NCBI GenBank assembly: GCA_963664225.1
Contig: OY760937.1
Span: 384,001 to 448,000, forward strand
Direction of reading: 5' to 3'
Source: Verrucomicrobiia bacterium
GTDB taxonomy: Bacteria > Verrucomicrobiota > Verrucomicrobiia > Limisphaerales > UBA1319
DNA length: 64,000 nt
The notes under the pieces are model-generated. The model saw nothing but the letters and a program-made list of their open reading frames with translations, searched no databases and was not told where the DNA came from. Below are positions 38,623 to 47,800 of this stretch, one piece after another (within the stretch, counting starts at the first letter, position 1; the number at the start of each line of letters is the position of its first letter). The translations under genes and the position numbers were made by a program.

Positions 38623-41600
38623 ATGATCCGCAGTGCCACATGGGTTCGTCTGAGCCTCGTGGGTGCCGCGTCAGCATGGCTGGCGTTGGCATCCGCCCCA
38701 ACTCGCGCGGGGGACCTCGATTTCAGCGATCCGGCAAAGGTATCGCCACCGCCAGCACACGCCATCGGTTTTCCGAATCGCGAGGCCAATTTCGATGCCT
38801 TGCCCGGTTTCAAGAGTCCTCCGCCGGGCTATGGAGAGGTGGCGTTCTACTGGTGGCTGGGCGATCCCCTCACGAAAGAGCGACTCGGATGGCAACTCGA
38901 TCAACTCGCCCAGGTGGACGGTGTGATGGGCCTGCAGATCAATTACGCGCACACGGATCGAGGAGGCACGAACTACGGCCTCACGTTCCCCAGTGAACCG
39001 CCGCTTTTCTCAACCCAGTGGTGGGATTTGGTGGGTTGGTTCATGGGTGAAGCGAAAAAACATGGCATGGCCATCAGCCTGAGCGACTACACTCTGGGCG
39101 TGGGGCAGGGCTGGCGCATGGATGAGGTCATTCGCGAGAATCCCGATATCCAGGGCTCCGTGCTGAAGGTGGAGCAAAAGGATACCGACGGCGGGCAGGA
39201 ATTTCGCTGGGAATTGCCTGCGGGGACTCTTGGTGTGACCGGGTATCGGCTCACCGGCGACCAGATCGGCGATGTCGGCACGGACCTGCGCAGCTTCATT
39301 CAGAGCGGCACGCTGGCATGGCAAGCCCCGGAAGGCCGCTGGCGCATCATGGCGGTGCGACCAGAGCGGGTGGTGCCTTCGCTTGACCCGATGAATCCCG
39401 GTTCCGGCGATGCCTATGCCCGCAAATTCTTCGGGCAATTCACGGACCGTCATCCGAACGAGGGAGGGCAGGGGTTGAACTGGTTTTTCTCGGATGAACT
39501 GGAATTCCGCGTCCAGGGCAATCTCTGGACCGCGCGTTTCGCCGATGAATTCCGCCGACGCAAGGGCTATGACATTATTCCTAAACTCCCCGCGCTATTC
39601 CAGGATATCGGACCGCGCACGCCGAAGGTGCGGCTGGATTACAGCGATGTGAAAGTGGCATTGACCGAGGAAGGCTTTTTCAAACCGGTCTTCGATTGGC
39701 ACCAGCAGCGTGGGATGATTTACGGGTGCGATCATGGTGGGCGCGGACGTAACGTGGTCGAGTTTGGGGATTATTTTCGCACGCAGCGTTGGAACCAGGG
39801 ACCCGGTTGCGACCAGCCGGCTTTGAGTCGCGACGTCATCAAGAACAAGGTGGCCAGTTCCATTGCGCATCTCTATCAGCGTCCACGCGTCTGGCTGGAG
39901 GGTTACCACAGCAGCGGCTGGAGCACAGGGACGGAGCAATTGACCGATGCCACCTTTGCCAACTTCATAGAGGGGCAGAACCTGCTCACGTTGCATGGTC
40001 TTTATTACTCCACGCATGGCGGCTGGTGGGAATGGGCGCCGCCCTGCAATCACTTTCGCATGCCCTACTGGGCGCACATGAAGGAGTTTTTCGCCTGCAC
40101 CAAACGGCTCAGTTACCTGCTCAGCCAGGGCGATCACCGTTGCGACGTGGCGATCCTCTATCCCGTGGCGCCGATGGAAGCCGGCATGGAGGGTGACAAG
40201 GCGGTGCAAACTGCGTTCGCTCTCGGTGAGCATCTTTACCGGACGGGAATCGATTTTGATTTCATGGACTTCGAGTCGCTCGCCCGCGCGCAAGTCAAGG
40301 ACACGGAACTACGCGTTTCCGGCGAACGCTCCCGTGTGCTGGTATTGCCCGCGATGAAAGCCGTCCGCTGGTCCACAATGCAGAAGGCGGCGGAATTTGT
40401 CCGCAATGGCGGACTCGTTATCGCGTTGGGCGCATTGCCCGAAGCCAGCGACCGCGCAGGGCGGAATGATGCCGAGCTTGAGGCTCTCAATGCAGTGGTC
40501 ACGAATCGAACCGAGCGGCCGGAGCAGGTTCAGGCGATGATCGAAAAGGCCTTTCCCCGCGACTTCGATTGCTCCGTGCAGACTCCTCAAGGTGCGAGGC
40601 CGGCCGTGATGCATCGGAAGATTGGTCCGCGCGATGTTTACGCCGTGTATGGCGCTTCGGAATCTGCGGAGTGCGCGTTCCGCGCCACCGGCAGTGTTGA
40701 GCTGTGGGATCCATGGACCGGCAAGAGCCGACCTGTCCAGGTGCTGGCGCAGAGTGCCGATACCACACGCCTGCGAATGCCGCTCAGCGCGAAAGAAATG
40801 CAATTGATCGTTTTCAGTCCAGGCAAGGCGCAGATCGAACCGGCTGACGCCATTCAGTCCGCCGCATCCACAGTGGCGCTCGATGGACCATGGGAATTTG
40901 AGCTTAAGCCCACGATGGATAATCGTTTTGGTGATTTCCGCTGGCCGCCCACCGCCGCGCTGATTGGAGCCGAGGCGCGGCAATTCCGATATGCCGATGA
41001 AACGACACCCAACACCAACTGGCAAAATCCATCTTTCGACGATTCCAAGTGGACCAAGGTCACTGCCTCATTCGGGCCAAAATTGTGGAAGTTGGGTCCG
41101 CTGCCGGATGCCACCGATACCTCCGCGCTCGAAGCCCAGCTTGCTTATCTCAAGCAGGTCGATCCCAGCGTTCCGGTCGAGTTCGGTGGTAAAAAATATT
41201 GCTGGCTGCCGTATTCCTACTCCTGGCGCTGGGGCATGGAGAACGACCCGGGGCATCAAGGGTATCATGGCCTGAAAGAAGAGGTGCATGAGGAGTTCAT
41301 TGGCCTGGGCAAACTTCAGACGCAGGCCACCGGCACAAGCTATGACAAAGAGGAGGTTGGCTCGCGCTATTATCTCTGGACCTCTATCAGCACCCATTCC
41401 AATCTTGAAGCCCGTGCCAGCATTGGCGGGCTGAAGCCGGCTGCGGCCTGGTTGAACCAGGTAGTCCTGGCTGACCCGACCGGTCTGCTTGGTCTCAACG
41501 AGGGTGCCAATCCGTTGCTCCTCCGTTACGACAATCCGGGTCGCGGTTATTTTGTGGTTCGCTCTGGTGAAACGGCGGAACAAGGTCCATCCCCGACCGG

Positions 41601-42288
41601 CGCCATGGCCATGCGCTGGTTCAATCAACCGGGCCTGCTGCCATACGACACGCGTCCTCAGGAGGCAAATCCAGCCGGATGGTATCGCTTTACGTCGCCT
41701 CCCGGTCTGCGTGCGATGACGATCCTTGCGCGTGGCAAAGTCCAGGCGTGGTCGGACGGGCATGAGATTCCAATCACAGATATCAAACTACGTGCTGATG
41801 GAGCTCATGAGTTCAGGGCTGTTGTTCCCAATCCCGCTGCCAAAGCGGTGGTTGTGGCTCTGCGCATTGAGCAGGAACGCGGGGCCTACGCGGGTGCGGC
41901 CTTGCCGGAACCGGTCGCTCTCGATTGTGCTCCGGGTCAGATCGAGTTGGGTGACTGGACCCAACAGGGCGTGCTGGAATGCTACTCCGGTGGCGCGTGG
42001 TATCGCAAAAGCCTGACACTGACTTCGGCACAGGCGCGCGGACATGTTACGCTCGATCTTGGCAATCTCTCCTCGAGCGCCGAGGTGCGCGTCAATGGCC
42101 AGTCTGCTGGGATTCGCATTCTGCCGCCGTGGAAGTTTGACATCAGCGCACTGATGAAACCGGGCGAAAACCGTGTTGAGGTGCTCGTTCTGAGCGCGCT
42201 GGGCGGCCATTACACCACCATCCCAACGCGGTATCGTGGATCCAGTGTGTCCGGCTTGCTTGGTCCGGTGAAGGCGGAGATTAGGTGA
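38623..42288 (+). CDS. Large secreted glycoside hydrolase, GH106-like with C-terminal GH2-type sugar-binding domain
   Basis: Signal peptide after the ATG at 38623; FKSPP...FYWW.G, FFSDE, F.RRKGYD, RLDY; C-terminal LDLG....AEVRVNG...G...PP.KFDI...KPGEN.VEV. Confidence 0.8.
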   Translation: MIRSATWVRLSLVGAASAWLALASAPTRAGDLDFSDPAKVSPPPAHAIGFPNREANFDALPGFKSPPPGYGEVAFYWWLGDPLTKERLGWQLDQLAQVDGVMGLQINYAHTDRGGTNYGLTFPSEPPLFSTQWWDLVGWFMGEAKKHGMAISLSDYTLGVGQGWRMDEVIRENPDIQGSVLKVEQKDTDGGQEFRWELPAGTLGVTGYRLTGDQIGDVGTDLRSFIQSGTLAWQAPEGRWRIMAVRPERVVPSLDPMNPGSGDAYARKFFGQFTDRHPNEGGQGLNWFFSDELEFRVQGNLWTARFADEFRRRKGYDIIPKLPALFQDIGPRTPKVRLDYSDVKVALTEEGFFKPVFDWHQQRGMIYGCDHGGRGRNVVEFGDYFRTQRWNQGPGCDQPALSRDVIKNKVASSIAHLYQRPRVWLEGYHSSGWSTGTEQLTDATFANFIEGQNLLTLHGLYYSTHGGWWEWAPPCNHFRMPYWAHMKEFFACTKRLSYLLSQGDHRCDVAILYPVAPMEAGMEGDKAVQTAFALGEHLYRTGIDFDFMDFESLARAQVKDTELRVSGERSRVLVLPAMKAVRWSTMQKAAEFVRNGGLVIALGALPEASDRAGRNDAELEALNAVVTNRTERPEQVQAMIEKAFPRDFDCSVQTPQGARPAVMHRKIGPRDVYAVYGASESAECAFRATGSVELWDPWTGKSRPVQVLAQSADTTRLRMPLSAKEMQLIVFSPGKAQIEPADAIQSAASTVALDGPWEFELKPTMDNRFGDFRWPPTAALIGAEARQFRYADETTPNTNWQNPSFDDSKWTKVTASFGPKLWKLGPLPDATDTSALEAQLAYLKQVDPSVPVEFGGKKYCWLPYSYSWRWGMENDPGHQGYHGLKEEVHEEFIGLGKLQTQATGTSYDKEEVGSRYYLWTSISTHSNLEARASIGGLKPAAAWLNQVVLADPTGLLGLNEGANPLLLRYDNPGRGYFVVRSGETAEQGPSPTGAMAMRWFNQPGLLPYDTRPQEANPAGWYRFTSPPGLRAMTILARGKVQAWSDGHEIPITDIKLRADGAHEFRAVVPNPAAKAVVVALRIEQERGAYAGAALPEPVALDCAPGQIELGDWTQQGVLECYSGGAWYRKSLTLTSAQARGHVTLDLGNLSSSAEVRVNGQSAGIRILPPWKFDISALMKPGENRVEVLVLSALGGHYTTIPTRYRGSSVSGLLGPVKAEIR

Positions 42289-42293
42289 TTCTT

Positions 42294-42893
42294 ATGAACC
42301 AATCTGTGGATATTGGAGAACGCTGGCGGCTTTTCATTGCGATAGCGGCGCCGGAGGCGGTCAGGGCGGAGATTGAAAAGACTCAGGCGGAGATGCGCCG
42401 CGCACTGCGCGAGGCCCGGATCAACTGGACCCGGCGGGAGCAATTTCACCTGACACTCAAGTTCCTGGGCGATGTCGAGGCGTCGCGTGTCGGGGAATTG
42501 GCCGAAACGTTGCGTGGAGCTTGTCGCGGTTTTGGCGCGATGAACCTGCGTGCTGAGGGCGTGGGGTGTTTTCCGAACCTGCGTCATCCGCGCGTGATCT
42601 GGGTGGGAGTGCGGGATGAGCAGGAGCAGCTTTCCAGTCTCGCAGACACGATTGAGACCACAGTGAGCGGTTTTACATTGGAAGAACGCGAGGAGCGATT
42701 TTCCGGGCACATCACCCTTGGGCGTATCAAGGAACTCTATCATTCCGAGAACGAGAAATTGGTCCAGATGGCGCAGGACATGGCCCAGAGGCCTTTCGGC
42801 CAATGGCGCGCCGAGACAATAGCCATCATGCGAAGCGAGTTGTTGCCACAAGGCCCCCGCTACACGGAACTTTTCAAAATGCCTCTAACCTAA
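42294..42893 (+). CDS. thpR: RNA 2',3'-cyclic phosphodiesterase (2H family)
   Basis: RLFIAI, HLTLKFLG, PRVIWVG, HITLGR. Confidence 0.92.
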   Translation: MNQSVDIGERWRLFIAIAAPEAVRAEIEKTQAEMRRALREARINWTRREQFHLTLKFLGDVEASRVGELAETLRGACRGFGAMNLRAEGVGCFPNLRHPRVIWVGVRDEQEQLSSLADTIETTVSGFTLEEREERFSGHITLGRIKELYHSENEKLVQMAQDMAQRPFGQWRAETIAIMRSELLPQGPRYTELFKMPLT

Positions 42894-43051
42894 CGATCAG
42901 CGAAACGGTTGCAAATGAACGAAAACCGTGTGAATGATCATGCATGGTACGCACGACATTTGGAAACGGTGTGGCGAGCGCGGTTGGAATGGTTGGATTC
43001 GTTTAATTTGGAGAAACCCAAAATCTAAATTTGCCTCGTAAAAGGTTTGTC

Positions 43052-43366
43052 ATGCGAATTATAAAGAAGAAAGTGCGCGATACAAAATCGGAACCAGCAG
43101 TAAAACGGAAGCGTGCCATTCTGCGGAAAAAGCCGCGGGCATTGCTCTCGGCAAAACGTCTGCGTGATCTTGAGCGCCGGTTTGCAAAGACTTCCGGGTT
43201 GGCATTTGCCAAGGCCCGAAAACAAACTTTGGTCTCTGGCCAAAGTGTTCTGCAATCCGAGGATGGAATCATCTTTGAAGTCTTTCCAGATGGGACACGG
43301 CATAAGATCAAAGAGATTGAGAAGCCCACTCAGGTAAAGCGCGGTCTTAGGCTGGCCATCCGGTGA
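43052..43366 (+). CDS. Small basic protein coupled to the downstream P-loop gene (putative antitoxin-like partner)
   Basis: Stop overlaps the next start (GTGA); motif GQSVL.SEDG.IFEV.PDG. Confidence 0.65.
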   Translation: MRIIKKKVRDTKSEPAVKRKRAILRKKPRALLSAKRLRDLERRFAKTSGLAFAKARKQTLVSGQSVLQSEDGIIFEVFPDGTRHKIKEIEKPTQVKRGLRLAIR

Positions 43367-44121
43367 GTGCGGACACACCTCGATTGCGAATGTTTGCCGG
43401 ACCCAACGGGTCGGGCAAAAGCACACTAAAATCGATTCTGCCAAGCGCATTGCTTGGCGTTTATCTGAACCCCGATGACATCGAGCGGGAGATTTGCCGT
43501 CAGGGCTTTCTGGAGTTAAGTGCTTTCCGCGTGGCCTCAACAGAGGAAGAGATATTGGGATTCTTCCGCAAATCAGAACTCCTGATTTCTGCCAAAATGG
43601 ATGAGGTGGTAAAGCGTCTTTCCTTTGCCGATGGTCGATTGCAGTTTGTTGGGGTGAGGGTTGATTCCTATCTTGCATCCGTCACTGTTGATTTTTTACG
43701 CCAAAAACTGCTTGAGCAAAGGACGACCTTTACATTTGAAACGGTCATGTCGCATCCCGGCAAGATTGAGTTGCTCACGCAGGCGCAACAATTGGGATAT
43801 CGAACTTACCTGTATTTCATTGCCACAGACGATCCTGATATCAACATCTCCCGTGTTAAAAGCCGTGTGAAAATGGGCGGTCATCCTGTCCCAATAAACA
43901 AGATCGAAGAACGTTACCATCGATCGCTGGATTTGTTGATGGCTGCCATTCGCCACACAAACCGGGCTTATATTTTCGATAATTCCGGCAACAACCAGAA
44001 AAGGACGTGGCTCGCAGAAGTCACCGAAGGAAAGATGCTGGAAATAAAAACGGACCGGATACCGGCGTGGTTCAAAAGGTCGGTATTGGAAAAGGCGGGT
44101 GCGGATTATAAGCCAATGTAA
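43363..44121 (+). CDS. Zeta-toxin-like P-loop kinase/ATPase
   Basis: FAGPNGSGKST, NPDDI, FTFETV.S, RV..RV..GGH.VP..KI..RY.RS, FDNS. Confidence 0.85.
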   Translation: MSADTPRLRMFAGPNGSGKSTLKSILPSALLGVYLNPDDIEREICRQGFLELSAFRVASTEEEILGFFRKSELLISAKMDEVVKRLSFADGRLQFVGVRVDSYLASVTVDFLRQKLLEQRTTFTFETVMSHPGKIELLTQAQQLGYRTYLYFIATDDPDINISRVKSRVKMGGHPVPINKIEERYHRSLDLLMAAIRHTNRAYIFDNSGNNQKRTWLAEVTEGKMLEIKTDRIPAWFKRSVLEKAGADYKPM

Positions 44122-44246
44122 GAAGTATTCCGGTTGCAATCAGTTGGTTGCAGTTCCGCCGTGATTATTGATAACGGCTTGGTGCCACCCACTCATTTTG
44201 ATTACAATGGGCTGGACAGTGGGGATGGCTGGATTATTTTCGCGGA

Positions 44247-45158
44247 ATGCCTTTGGAAACAATAAATTCAGTGACGCCGGTTGCGCCCTCCAAATCGAGG
44301 GTCTTTTTGCGTCGTCTGGGGACATTCACCGTTTTATGGACGGTGATACTTTCGGCCTTGTTTTCGGGGAATAAGTTTCTGTCGGATTACGTGTTCCTGG
44401 CGATCATGATGGTTCTGGCGGGGTTGGGACTGCGTGAGTTTTATTCCTTGGTGGAGAAGAGGGGGCTGGTTTGTTTCAAGGTTTTTGGGATTTTGGGCGG
44501 ACTGCTGTTGATGGTGAGCGCCTTTTTCTATCTCTCCGGCGATCTGCGAAGGGCACCCGCCAAGGCCAACGATTTCGAGACCTCGTTTGTGATCATCTTT
44601 GTGTTGGGCCTGTGCGTGCGCCAGTTTGTCTCGAAGAAAAACACGGCGGGCATCATTGCGATTTCGACAACCCTGTTCGGCTTGATGTATGTGCCCTGGC
44701 TGTTGAATTTCATTCAAAAGATCAATTTTTTCCCGGGGGTCGATGGCCGGTATTATGTGCTGTATTTCATTCTGGTGACCAAGTTCAGCGATTCGGGCGC
44801 GTACGTGGTGGGGAGCCTGATCGGCCGGCACAAAATGATTCCGCGGATCAGTCCCGGCAAGACATGGGAGGGATTCGCCGGGGCCATTGTGGTGGCGGCG
44901 GGAGCCAGTTTTCTGTTTTCATATTGGGCGGGACCGCGTTTGGTGGGGATGACGCCCATCCATTCGATCATTCTGGGGGTTTTGCTGGCGGCAACCGCGG
45001 TGATCGGCGACCTCATCGAGTCCTTGTTTAAGCGGGAGGCCGGGGTGAAGGATTCGGGCACGCTGTTTCCCGGCATGGGGGGAATACTCGACTTGCTGGA
45101 CAGCCTGTTGTTTAATGCCCCGCTAATGTACTTGTACCTTCGGCACATGTTGACCTGA
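44247..45158 (+). CDS. cdsA: Phosphatidate cytidylyltransferase
   Basis: DSGAY..G...G.HK..P.ISPGKTWEG, GDLIES.FKR..GVKDSG...PG.GG.LD..DS; adjacent to dxr. Confidence 0.95.
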   Translation: MPLETINSVTPVAPSKSRVFLRRLGTFTVLWTVILSALFSGNKFLSDYVFLAIMMVLAGLGLREFYSLVEKRGLVCFKVFGILGGLLLMVSAFFYLSGDLRRAPAKANDFETSFVIIFVLGLCVRQFVSKKNTAGIIAISTTLFGLMYVPWLLNFIQKINFFPGVDGRYYVLYFILVTKFSDSGAYVVGSLIGRHKMIPRISPGKTWEGFAGAIVVAAGASFLFSYWAGPRLVGMTPIHSIILGVLLAATAVIGDLIESLFKREAGVKDSGTLFPGMGGILDLLDSLLFNAPLMYLYLRHMLT

Positions 45159-45190
45159 GTCGGTGGCCGAATTTTGAATTTTTGCACACG

Positions 45191-46330
45191 ATGAAAAAAG
45201 TGGTTTTGCTGGGAAGCACGGGATCGATCGGCACCAGTACGGTGAAGGTGGCGGACGATCTGCCGGATCGGATCCAGCTCATTGGTCTGGCGGCGGGTCA
45301 GAATGTGGATTTGCTGGTCAAGCAGGCCGCCCGGTTGCGTCCGGCGGTGGTCTCGATTGCGGATCCCGCCAAGGCCGCGATACTGCGCGAGAAGCTTGGG
45401 CCGGGTTGCGAGGTTTGCAGCGGCCATGAGGGGTTGATGCGCCTGGCGACACTCCCGGAGGCGGATATTGTCCTGATTGCGATTGTGGGCACGGCGGGAT
45501 TGCAACCGGCGCTGGCGGCGATTCGGGCGGGCAAGGACATTGCCATCGCGTCCAAGGAAATTCTCGTCATGGCCGGGGAAACGGTGATGGAAGAGGCGCG
45601 CAAAAACGGGGTGAAGGTTCTGGCAGTGGATAGCGAGCACTCAGCCATTTTCCAATGTCTGGACGGTAAACCAGTGGAATCGGTGCGTAACCTCTGGCTA
45701 ACGGCTTCCGGCGGACCCTTCCGTTCCACCCCGAAAGAGGAGTTTCCCGGGATCACGGTGGAACGGGCGTTGAAACATCCTTCCTGGGTGATGGGCCGCA
45801 AGATCACGATTGATTCGGCCACCCTGTTTAACAAGGGCTTGGAAATGATCGAGGCGCGCTGGTTGTTCGGCGTGGAAATGAGCCGTGTGCGCGTCGTGGT
45901 GCATCCGCAGAGCGTGGTCCATTCGCTGGTGGAATTCGTGGATGGAGCCATGATTGCCCAAATGTCTTCGCCGGACATGTGTCTGCCCATCCAATACGCG
46001 CTAACCTATCCCGAGCGGGTTTCGAGCACCCGGGTGCAGACGCTTCTGGCAAAATGGGGAACGTTAACGTTCGAGGAACCAGACGAAGTTCGTTTTCCAT
46101 CAATGGGCCTGGCGCGACGGGCCGGAGAAATTGGCGGAACGCTGCCAGCCGTTTTGAACGCCGCCAACGAAGTCGCCGTGGAAGCTTTCTGTCAGCGCAA
46201 GATTCGTTTTGACCAGATCAGCCAGATGGTGCGCAAAGTCATGGATCGACATCAAGTGACGACCCGGCCCAGTTTGGATCAAATCCTGGAAGCGGATACT
46301 TGGGCGCGTTCCGCAGCCGCAGAAGGATAA
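45191..46330 (+). CDS. dxr: 1-deoxy-D-xylulose-5-phosphate reductoisomerase
   Basis: LGSTGSIG, VDSEHSAIFQ, LTASGGPF, HPSW.MG.KITIDSAT..NKGLE.IEA. Confidence 0.97.
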   Translation: MKKVVLLGSTGSIGTSTVKVADDLPDRIQLIGLAAGQNVDLLVKQAARLRPAVVSIADPAKAAILREKLGPGCEVCSGHEGLMRLATLPEADIVLIAIVGTAGLQPALAAIRAGKDIAIASKEILVMAGETVMEEARKNGVKVLAVDSEHSAIFQCLDGKPVESVRNLWLTASGGPFRSTPKEEFPGITVERALKHPSWVMGRKITIDSATLFNKGLEMIEARWLFGVEMSRVRVVVHPQSVVHSLVEFVDGAMIAQMSSPDMCLPIQYALTYPERVSSTRVQTLLAKWGTLTFEEPDEVRFPSMGLARRAGEIGGTLPAVLNAANEVAVEAFCQRKIRFDQISQMVRKVMDRHQVTTRPSLDQILEADTWARSAAAEG

Positions 46331-46527
46331 TCACTGCAGTCTTTGAACAGCAGGGCGGAATGTTGGTCAAAACATAGAGTGAACCGCTTTGAACAGCACG
46401 GGCTGTTGGGTGGCTGAAAATCTATTTTGACTTGATGGCATGAACTCTATAGAGTCTCCTTTTTCAAGGGATACCGGAGAAAAATAATTTTCGTAAGTGT
46501 TTTGTAGTAAGATATTTTGATTTCAGG

Positions 46528-47574
46528 ATGAAGCAGTGCCCCTCAATTAATCTGGATCGTGGCGGGTTGCGTTCAATGCTCAATTGGGCGAAGTGCGGTT
46601 TATTTCTAGCGTCAATACTCGCGGTCCACGCTGGCGATCCCATTAAGTTTTCGCCCAGCGGCGACAAAGTGGCTTTACCTGATAAAAACACCAAAGAAAA
46701 CAAATTGGACGGCCCAATCAAGGGCGGTTCGGGCGAATCTGTTGGAGACTATGAACTTCCAACTTCGATGCCAGCCACGCCGTCGTCAACAGTACTTTTC
46801 AACAACAAGAAACTGCAGGAACTGATCGATCAACGGAAGAATTGGATATTCATGACCCCGGAGATGACGATGGGGGAGGGGAATGGAATCTTTGAGAAGG
46901 CTAAGACCAGCAATGAAGCGGCCCCTGACCTTTTTGAAACGGGCGGCAAATCCAAAAAGGTGGTCGAGCGCTACATTGAGAATAAGGATCATCTGAACAA
47001 GCCGTCCATCCGGGTGAATACGGAAAAGTTGGAGGAGGAATTGAGTTCGGGAAAAGCCAGCAAGGGAATGATTACTGGCAAGATGACCAAAGATAATGGC
47101 TCCAATAATTCCGATGAGGGTGGCGCCCAAATAGGTACGACCGAAATGGGTGCTGAGGATGCTCTTTATCGGGCTACGGAGCTAAGAGGGCGTGGATTTG
47201 GCTTAAAATCCTCTGGTTTTCTGGATTCTGCGACTCAAAGGAAAATGGAGGCAGACCGCCGATTCCAACAATTATTGCATCCTGCTGCGCCCGCTGCGCC
47301 GAGTGATCCAATGCAAATGATGGCTGATGAGACGGCCAAGGATATGCAGCCGGTCACCGTAAAGTCGCTTGAGTCGCTTGCGGGGGACAAAATAAGCACC
47401 TCGGGCAATCCTTTTGGCGATCCCAATCAGGCCGCCTTTCCTCGCCGATTTGGAAGTATCAATGCGACGATCAGCGGTTCGTCCAGCCTTTCGCCAGCCA
47501 TGATCGCACCTTCTCCAACGGTTCAGTTAATGTCCCAACCGGTCGTTTTGCCGCTGCCGAAACGGAAGTTTTAA
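46528..47574 (+). CDS. Hypothetical exported protein, largely low-complexity
   Basis: 348-aa ORF; signal-peptide-like segment after the ATG at 46576 (possible true start). Confidence 0.65.
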   Translation: MKQCPSINLDRGGLRSMLNWAKCGLFLASILAVHAGDPIKFSPSGDKVALPDKNTKENKLDGPIKGGSGESVGDYELPTSMPATPSSTVLFNNKKLQELIDQRKNWIFMTPEMTMGEGNGIFEKAKTSNEAAPDLFETGGKSKKVVERYIENKDHLNKPSIRVNTEKLEEELSSGKASKGMITGKMTKDNGSNNSDEGGAQIGTTEMGAEDALYRATELRGRGFGLKSSGFLDSATQRKMEADRRFQQLLHPAAPAAPSDPMQMMADETAKDMQPVTVKSLESLAGDKISTSGNPFGDPNQAAFPRRFGSINATISGSSSLSPAMIAPSPTVQLMSQPVVLPLPKRKF

Positions 47575-47696
47575 GTTTTCCCGTCTTTCGAAACCTCAAT
47601 TTGGAAAAGCCGCTGAGATTTGCGATCCCGTAAAAAAATCGCTTGGGTTTATGCTTGATGCGAGGCTGTTTCTCCGGCTTAATCGCGCACAGATTT

Positions 47697-47790
47697 TGCC
47701 AGGGCCCACGGAATGTGGACTTACGAACCCCGCCAGGGCAGGAATGCAGCAACGGTAGTTTGCTCTGCATCTGCCGTGGTCACCCTGGCA
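47697..47790 (+). ncRNA. ffs: Small bacterial SRP RNA (4.5S)
   Basis: Closing stem TGCCAGGG/CCCTGGCA; helix-8 motif GCCAGG-GCA-GGAA-TGC-AGCAAC; lies directly upstream of dnaX-ybaB-recR. Confidence 0.9.
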
Positions 47791-47800
47791 TTTTTTTTTC

